Shown: one piece after another, positions 56,095 through 64,000 of the stretch
How positions within the stretch are numbered: position 1 is the first letter of the stretch
Layout of the letters: each line of letters starts with the position of its first letter
DNA from: Eledone cirrhosa
Taxonomy: Eukaryota
Length of the DNA stretch: 64,000 nt
Direction of reading: 5' to 3'
Assembly (NCBI GenBank): GCA_964016885.1
Contig: OZ024741.1
Coordinates: 329,158,001 to 329,222,000, forward strand
Program-made: the position numbers and the translations under genes
Notes under the pieces: generated by a model
Databases searched by the model: none
What the model was told of the DNA's origin: nothing
What the model saw: only the letters and a program-made list of their open reading frames with translations

Positions 56095-56850
56095 ATGATA
56101 CAAGTTATGCAATGTCTCTTTGGGGACAGCATATTCCTCCGTAATATTTGACTTGTTTTTTTGTTGGGGGGGGGGGGGCTTGTATTTTTGTTGGTAAATA
56201 TCTCCAAAGCTTCTTTGATTAACACAAGTTCCTCGATTATTACTGATATGATTTCAGTGGGCATGCCCAACATTGTGGAGATCTTAGTTTCAATGTCTTT
56301 ATATTTAGACAGTTATCCAGAGAACTTAAATGATGTATTACGTTCTGATGTTATTGATATATATATCAATCAGCCTGAAGATTTTATCGCCGTGTTTTTT
56401 TATTGTGATGGCAGGCCTGTTTGCTTTGATTTCCTTATCTGACTGCTCATGTCTGTCCCATATCATGGTAACATTATCATTCTTGGCGACTGGATTGGGC
56501 GGTGGATTGACAGTATCGGTAGAGGGTCGGACGCCATGCTTTGCAGCAAAGAGTTACGGCCCTTTATGGTCTGAGTTCAAATCCCGCCGAGGTTAACTTT
56601 GCCTTTCATCCTTACGGGGTCGATAAAATAATTGTTTCTACTTTAGGCACAAGGCCAGCAATTACCCAGTGCATTACTGGTACTTTATTTTATCGACCCC
56701 GTAAGGATGAAAGGCAAAGTCAACCTCGGCGGGATTTGAAGCGGGGTCGATAAAATAATGTACCAGAAATACACTGGGATAATTGCAGGCCTTGTGCCAA
56801 AAGTAGAAACAATTATCATTCTTGGCGACTGTTTCTGGTTTCCGATCATT
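56095..56850 (-). mobile_element. R4/Dong LINE C-terminal fragment interrupted by a composite SINE
   Basis: KPETVAKNDN|VTMIWD..DKEIKANRP..LSKYKDIETKISTMLGMPTEII reads across the SINE. Confidence 0.7.
56493..56811. mobile_element. Composite (+/-/+) SINE insertion with a 20-bp target-site duplication
   Basis: attatcattcttggcgactg at 56473-56492 and 56812-56831. Confidence 0.82.
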
Positions 56851-57387
56851 TTTCAAAGACTCTGTTGTTGTTATATTCCAGTCATGGAATATAACAACGG
56901 CCCATGAACCGTATGCGATCCGTTTGGCTTTCTAATTTGAAAATTGCTTCGAATTTTTTAGTAGTGCGGCCCTGCCTTCTGATGAGCCACATTTTACGCG
57001 GCCCACTGTTCGAAAAGCATTGCTTATGCCTATTCTAGTCCTTGCCACAATTTCAGTGTAGGTATGCCTCTGTCTTGTTATGGCGTTAGTTATATTCACT
57101 TTTTGCCAATATTGGACAGCTGAAAATAATATGCTTAGTAGTTTCCTAATGATACCCACATATCCTGTACATTGTGTCCATGCCATTATCGTGCGATGAT
57201 GGTATGATCTAGTGCTAAGACTCTGAAATTGAATGGTGCTAACAAAACTGTCTCTCTCTGCAGTATGTCCAATTTCTTTAGGTCATTGATTTATCTGTTG
57301 TTGGTCAACATCTGCCTTTGTGCGCATCATCCATTGGTATCATCACCATAAACATCATCATCATCATCATTATTATTATTTGTATAA

Positions 57388-57572
57388 GGGCGGTATATTG
57401 GCAGTATCGGTAGAGGGTTGGACGCCATGCTTTCTAGCATAGTTACGTCCCTTTACAGTCTGAGTTCAAATCCCGCCGAGGTTAATTTTCCTTACGGGTG
57501 GATAGAATAAAGTACCAGTAATGTACTGGATAATTGCTGGCTTTGTGCCTAAATTAGAAACAATTATTATTA
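57388..57572 (+). mobile_element. tRNA-derived SINE
   Basis: Same family as 54660. Confidence 0.85.
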
Positions 57573-57629
57573 TTTGTCTATTTAAGGTAACTCCAATGTT
57601 TTCATATCATTCCTTGTCATTTCACTATT

Positions 57630-57830
57630 GCTGGTTGTCCAGAACCTTTCTCAATATTCGGGCTGTTCCCAGTAGGCATGACTTCTGGGGCGGTTCAATC
57701 ACTTGTTCAATGTTTATTTTCGCCAGTTAGTATTCAAGATTCTTTTTCACCATGCCGAGAGCACCAACGACCACTAGAACAATGGTAACTCTCTTCACTT
57801 CAATACACCAGCATTTCACGATCTCATATT
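57630..57830 (-). mobile_element. R4/Dong LINE C-terminal fragment
   Basis: VTIVLVVVGALGMVKK..QKSCLLGTARILRKVLD. Confidence 0.72.
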
Positions 57831-58404
57831 TTAAGTCGGTAAAAGTCCATACTTTCTCCTTCAATTCAGGTCTCAAAAGGATACGCTACATCTATGTAGG
57901 CATAGTTTCTTTCCGTCTCAATTACAACAATATTTAGTCTGTTGTGTTCAAACTTCATTTTGGCCTGAATTGAGAAAACCATAGACGCTTTATCTCATCG
58001 TTCTCTGGCACTTTCATATTATTTGTGACACCATATTCGTAGTAGCTTCCTCTATCTGGTGGCTAAAGCGAAGGAAGTGGTATGGTGGACGTATGTTGAA
58101 AGCTTTTTTGTACAGAGCATTTTCTCTCTGGTGAAGACTTCACCAAATTATTAAGCTGAGAAAGAGATTCGCTGCCGTTTAATAAATTTTATTAAATGTA
58201 GGTGAGAGTTTTGAAAATGGCGTGATTAACCTAGATTATATAGGATGTAGGCTGATGATAAGAACTTTGAATAGGCTTTGTCTTTTAATGTGCCAGGGTA
58301 ATCTGAACATAAGTAGTGGGTGCCTATAATCTTTCTATATGCTTTCTCTCTCTTTTTGGCTTTATTTTCTTATTTCCCCTTTTATTCTGTACTCTTATTC
58401 ATAT

Positions 58405-58700
58405 TTCATCATCATCATCGTCGTCATCATCATATACAGCCACTATCTGCCCAAAACAAGACATAGTCCTCACTAAGATAGTTCCATCTTTTCTTATCCA
58501 GTGTATTTTCGCACATATAACGGCCATAAACCTACTCATTCCACCTCTCTATCTCATCCTTTTTCTCCCTCGACTTTGTGAACCTATCCCCCTCTCTTTC
58601 CAGTCTGTACATAGTTTGTTTTTTCCATCTGTTGTCATTTGTTCATGCCACCTGTCTTACTCGCCTCAGTTTTTTCTTCTTAATATATTTTATGATGTTC
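58405..58700 (-). mobile_element. Old RTE-like LINE 3' fragment
   Basis: Degenerate RTE-type C-terminus with (GAT)n tail. Confidence 0.35.
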
Positions 58701-58932
58701 TGAAGTGTTGACAAGCTGTTCATTTTTTTTTTTTTTCTTTTTAGTAATTTCTAATTTTTAGTAATTTCTAATTTTTTAGTAATTTCCATATTTATTTGTC
58801 GTTCTTTGCTTCTCTTCAATTATGTCTCATCATACATTTCATGATGCCAATTAGTTTGGCTCAATCACACCACCCATCTTGGATATTTATTTTACTTTCT
58901 TCTTCCTTTATATCGTTGTATCCCATGTTCAT

Positions 58933-59080
58933 AGGCGGTGAATTGGTAAAGTTGTTAGAACGTCGGATAGAATGCTTTGCGATATTCGTTTCAGCTTTCT
59001 GTTCTCTGCGTTCAAATCCTGCCAAGGCTTTTCATCCATTCGAGGTCGATTAATGAGTACCAGTCTAGTACTGAGGTCGA
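58933..59080 (+). mobile_element. Diverged tRNA-SINE
   Basis: GGCGGTGAATTGG..GTTCAAATCC..TTTCATCCATTCGAGGTCGAT..AGTACCAG. Confidence 0.7.
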
Positions 59081-60504
59081 TTCTTCCTCTATATCTCTTT
59101 CACACTTCCTGTCACTCACCCTATTCTTCTCTAGAAGGAATTTGTTGTATTCAGACCTGGAGAGGAGATGGGGGTCCTCGGATTTTAAAATGTCTTAGAA
59201 ACGCCGTATGTCAACACGGCGCTTCTACGACTTCTTCAGAAGTTACGGGACCATGCATGCATCCCATATTTATTCACAATCGTGAGATCGTGAGGTCGAT
59301 TCCTGTACCGGGTGATGTATTGTCCTTGAGCAAAACACTTTCTTTTACATTGCACCTTTCTGTGGGGGGTTGAGACCTATATTAGCAACGGAATGACCAA
59401 TGTAAACATTGTTTCCTTGGTCTGATTTGAAGAGTTCCAGCCAACTCGGTAAACGAATCTGGGATCTTGTCAATCGCACCATCCCATGTTTATCACCTGC
59501 CCAAGATAAATATTGCTTTATTTACTATTATCGTATCAAGATGATTTCCTTCTTGCAAGGTTGTTGAATAAGACTTGTGCTTTTCTTCGTATTTATTTTT
59601 AGTTTCACTTCATTTCCAGCGATTCCTTTATTCTTTTATAGGCATTAGACATTAGAATGCGCCCATTCTGTATCAGCGCCTTAGGAGATTGTAGTCAATC
59701 ATAACAAACTAGATACACCTTGGCTGTAGTAAGTGCATCTTTCTGTTTGTGTGTAGCCCTCATCTCATTGTGCCATTAATATAGGGTTTTCTCATTTCTG
59801 CCATGGTTTAGTTGATGTTATAATCTACGGAGTTTCTTTCAATTTCCAGGCATAATTAAAGAGTTTTGTTTTATTTCTTTACTACCACACGTCATTTCAG
59901 TTGAACAATAGATACAGTAATAGATTGGATCAGAACATAGATTAGAAGACATATCATTCACTATTTCCAGTGATGAAAAAAGAACATTTCTTTCATATTC
60001 CAAAATACCAGCGTAGGAACAACACGAGATGTCATGTTCTGTATTAGTTTCTTAAACTAGTTCCATTGCTGTAGCCTTTATACACTATATGTGTGTGTGT
60101 GAGGGGGGCGTGTGTGTATATATATATATATATATATGTGTGTGAAAAATTTCTTTCCGTTTCTTTCTTTTCTTATTCTCGTCTATCGTTTTATTTTTTC
60201 AAACTCTTATTCTATCTTCCGATAGTTAACTAACACTATGAAATCTTAAGATATTGTTCATACTATTTCAATCGTTAAACTAACGTATATCATCACAGTA
60301 CTGCATTGTTCTCACCTGTTATTTTTCTTGTTAACATATATACATATTCTTAGATTTCAGAAAAAAGAAGTGAAATGACCAGTGCATGCGTTTTAATTAG
60401 AATTACGACCTTCGGAAACTACAATAAAAACGAAAGAAATAATAAATAATACGGTTACCTCTTCCTTTACAATATTTCTGATTAAATATACTGTATTTGA
60501 ATTA

Positions 60505-60672
60505 CCGTATTTCCCGGCGCCGAAGACGCTTCGACCTCGAGGATGCACCCTAATTTTCACAACTAAAAATAAAAAAAAAATAAAAATACAACCTTCGGCT
60601 TCCAGGACGCATGGTAGATTTTTTAGACTTATTTTAGGAGAAAAGTAGCGTCTTCGACGATGGGAATTACGG
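60505..60672. mobile_element. Tc1/mariner-pogo-type MITE
   Basis: TA|CCGTATTTCCCGGCGCCGAAGACGC versus GCGTCTTCGACGATGGGAATTACGG. Confidence 0.7.
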
Positions 60673-61512
60673 TTATTAACAATGAATAATTAGCATTTAT
60701 GTTCCTTTCATTTACTTTACTATACAACCAGATCTGCCTTTCTTTACCCCTTCCCTCCGTTTGTTCTCATTACTTAATTTTGTTTTTATCCTTTTTAATG
60801 TTTCCATCATTGTATATAAAACGTTAGAAGGTTTTTCTGACAATAAAAAAAATTAATAATTTGCAAAATATAACCTATGGAAGTTGGTGCATAATATAAC
60901 CTATGGAAGATTTGTCACAGCTTCCATGTACCAGCTCGGAGGTCAGCTTGGAATCAAAGGTCGGAAAAGTACAGCAACGATAAAATGTCTGCCAGAGACA
61001 GCCGAGGAAAGGTCAATGTGGTTATAGTCAAAGAGGAATGACAGCTGGAACTAACAGAGGCTACATCAAATCGCGAACATTGATTGCTGTTTAAAAGGAT
61101 GTTAAGTGTTAGTTCTACTGATGGTATTTGTGGCTGGTTGGTGTAAACTGCTGAAATGTGAAACACGATCACTCGCAGGAGGAGGGTAAAAAAACAGCTG
61201 AAGGACAACTAGGAGCTATGACCTGATCGGCCAGACTCCCTTTGGTGTTAGGGAAAATTAAGGGCCAATATACTTGCTTCATGTGAGTTCATCCTCTTGT
61301 TGTCCGCTCATTCCGAGGCCTACTTTCAGATAAAAAGAATAAATTTTTGTGTTGTCCGACTTTTATTAGGTTTAGAGGAGGGATCAAGGACCAAAACTCT
61401 TGCTTGGTGTGAGTTCGTCCTCTAAAGATCCTCCTGCTGTCCACTCGCCCTATCTACCAGTTTCCGCCTACTGTTAAAATTATTAATTATTTTATGTAGG
61501 AAGATTCTAATT

Positions 61513-61617
61513 TACGAGGGCTGACCGAAAAGATCATAGGCTAGCCAAGGTAAATCTCATTTGGTCATTCCATGAGAATATCTTGGTCAGTCTATGAACT
61601 TTTCAGACGACCCGTGT
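61513..61617. mobile_element. Mariner-type MITE (about 100 bp)
   Basis: TACGAGGGCTGACCGAAAAGATCATAGGCTAGCCAAG versus CTTGGTCAGTCTATGAACTTTTCAGACGACCCGTG. Confidence 0.65.
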
Positions 61618-61639
61618 GCGTGTGTGTACACACACACAA

Positions 61640-62722
61640 CAGGAGGAAAAGTTTGAGGAAAACCATGGAAAGTCTGAGGAATATTCTGGAAAAATCGGGG
61701 AAAGTGCGAGGAAAATATGGGAATGTCTGAGAAAAATCCGAAAAAGCCCAAGTAAAATTTGGAAAACCGGGAAAAGCCCGAGGAAAACCTGGGAACTCCC
61801 AGGAAAACCTTGGAAAGTCCGAAGGAAATCTGGGGAATTCCGAGAAAAATAAAGAAAAGTCTGAGGGAAATTTTAAAATATCCGAGTAAAACCAGAAAAA
61901 GTACGAGGCAAACCACGAAGAGTCCGAGAAAAATCTAGGAGAGGCGAGGAAAATCTGGATAAGTGCAAGGAATATTTGGAAAAGTCTGAGGAAACCCGGG
62001 AAATTTCCGAGGAAAACTTGGGAAAGTCCGTGCGGAAATATGGGAAAGTCCGAGGAAAATGGGGAAGAGTCCGACGAAGAAAAAGAAAAGACCAATAAAC
62101 ACTTGGAACGTCCGAGGAAGATCAGGGAAATCCGAGTAAATCCGAGGCTAACCAGGAAAACCTGGGAAAGTCCAAGAAAAATCGGAACAGTCTGAGGAAA
62201 AGCTGAGAAAGCCCAGGAAAACCTTGGTAAGTCTGAGGAAAATATGGGAAAACTGGGAAACTGATGAAAAGAGGGAAAATTCCGAGGATAAATCTGGGCT
62301 AATCCGAGGAAAACCAGGTAAAACCTATGTGAGGAAAGCCTGGGAAAGTCCAAGGAAAATCGTGAAAAGTCCGTGGATCTGCGAATGTCCGACGAGAATC
62401 TGGGAATGGCCGAGGAAGATAGGAAAAGTCCCAGGAAGATCTGGGAAATTCTGAGGAAAATCGTGAAAATTCGAGGAAATCCAGGAAAACCTGGGAAAGT
62501 CCGCGGATATTCGGGAAATGTCCAAGGAAAAGCTGAGAAGGACCAGGAAAACTTTGGAAAGTCCGAAAAAAATCTGGGAAAATCGAGAAAGGTTCGAGGA
62601 AATCCAGGAAAAGCCAGGGATAACCGGGGATTTTACGTGGAAAACCTGGGGAAATGTCGAGTAAAATATGGGAAAGTCCCAGGAAGAGTAGGAAAAGCCC
62701 AGGTAATCATGGGAAAGTCCGC
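61640..62722. repeat. Degenerate purine-rich minisatellite, about 21-bp unit (CCTGGGAAAGTCCGAGGAAAA)
   Basis: About 50 diverged units followed by (AAG)n. Confidence 0.85.
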
Positions 62723-62740
62723 AAGAAGAAGAAGAAGAAG

Positions 62741-62771
<31 letters not shown>

Positions 62772-62802
62772 TAAGTATATATACATGTATAAACCTATAT
62801 TA

Positions 62803-62839
<37 letters not shown>

Positions 62840-63227
62840 CAAAGTGTGTTATTCATAATTTGCCGTTGATATGCAACACGTTATATAGAGATATTTCTGA
62901 TGATTTTAGACTCAATACAGGTATTGATTTGATAATTTTATTGTTATCTGAAACTGTTACCAAAATGTTCTGACATAGACAGCACAATCTATACTCTCTA
63001 ATACGAATACATTTAACACTTTTATACTCGTGCATCCTCATTGAAGTTGAGGGGTAATTGATACATATGGGCTCTTAAAAACCGAAACTCGCTTCCACCT
63101 CATACAACAGCTGATGACTGCCTCTGTGTTTAAATTCTCGGACAGTGGATTTTTTGCATATATATATTCATATATATATATATTCATAACACCGATTATT
63201 ACAATTTCTGCTCTCCTCACCACACAC

Positions 63228-63318
<91 letters not shown>

Positions 63319-63496
63319 ATTGATGACTTTTCATGAACGAAACATATCTATTCAGTTAGAGTCATTTCTGTAATGAGATAAAGATGCCTATACTCTACTA
63401 ACGTATTGAGTACCTTTTTCAACTGTGGTCACCTCCCGATATACATCAGGCATCTGAATCTATATATATACATTTACACACACACAAATACATGCA

Positions 63497-63778
<282 letters not shown>

Positions 63779-64000
63779 ATATATATATATATATGTGTGT
63801 GTGCGTGTGTGTGTGTGTATGTATGTATGTATGTATGTATGTATGTATGTATGTATACAACGATTTATAAATGAAGATATCACAAGATATGACAAAACAA
63901 GATGGTGCTAGGACGCCCAACATGTTGTTATGATTATTAATCATGCAGATCAAATAAATCCAAGGTAAAGTTAGGCAGTTAAGATATCAGACATTGGAAT

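Noticed and set aside
61587-62786. Overlapping ORFs on both strands
   Set aside because: Explained by the degenerate 21-bp repeat; frames are not maintained
63318-63356. TTGATGA..GAAAC-atat-CTA motif
   Set aside because: Too many core and stem mismatches; at best a decayed remnant

Overview
AT-rich, microsatellite-dense animal DNA with no recognisable host gene. The SINE and microsatellite landscape suggests a cephalopod such as octopus, but this is an inference. The window is dominated by Penelope-like retroelements (PLEs: RT with YRDD plus a C-terminal GIY-YIG endonuclease preceded by CxCx5C, resembling the 'Hydra' clade) from three families, all inserted in (TA)n. Read by eye, about a dozen complete type I hammerhead ribozyme (HHR) folds and several half or degenerate ones occur in eight or more distinct sequence families. 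Many sit in short ORF-less cassettes between (TA)n tracts, including a 558-nt tandem retrozyme-like unit and a 477-nt terminally redundant unit. Several HHRs have non-canonical cores (CAGAAGA and CUGGAGA, each repeated across copies; CCGAUGA once) or a stem II over 100 nt. 5'-truncated copies are repeatedly capped by an inverted copy of the element's own 3' tail. The remainder is CR1/L2-group, R4/Dong, CRE and RTE-type LINE fragments, many tRNA-derived SINEs, MITEs, minisatellites and a telomere-like array. All RNA folds were paired manually, not computed.
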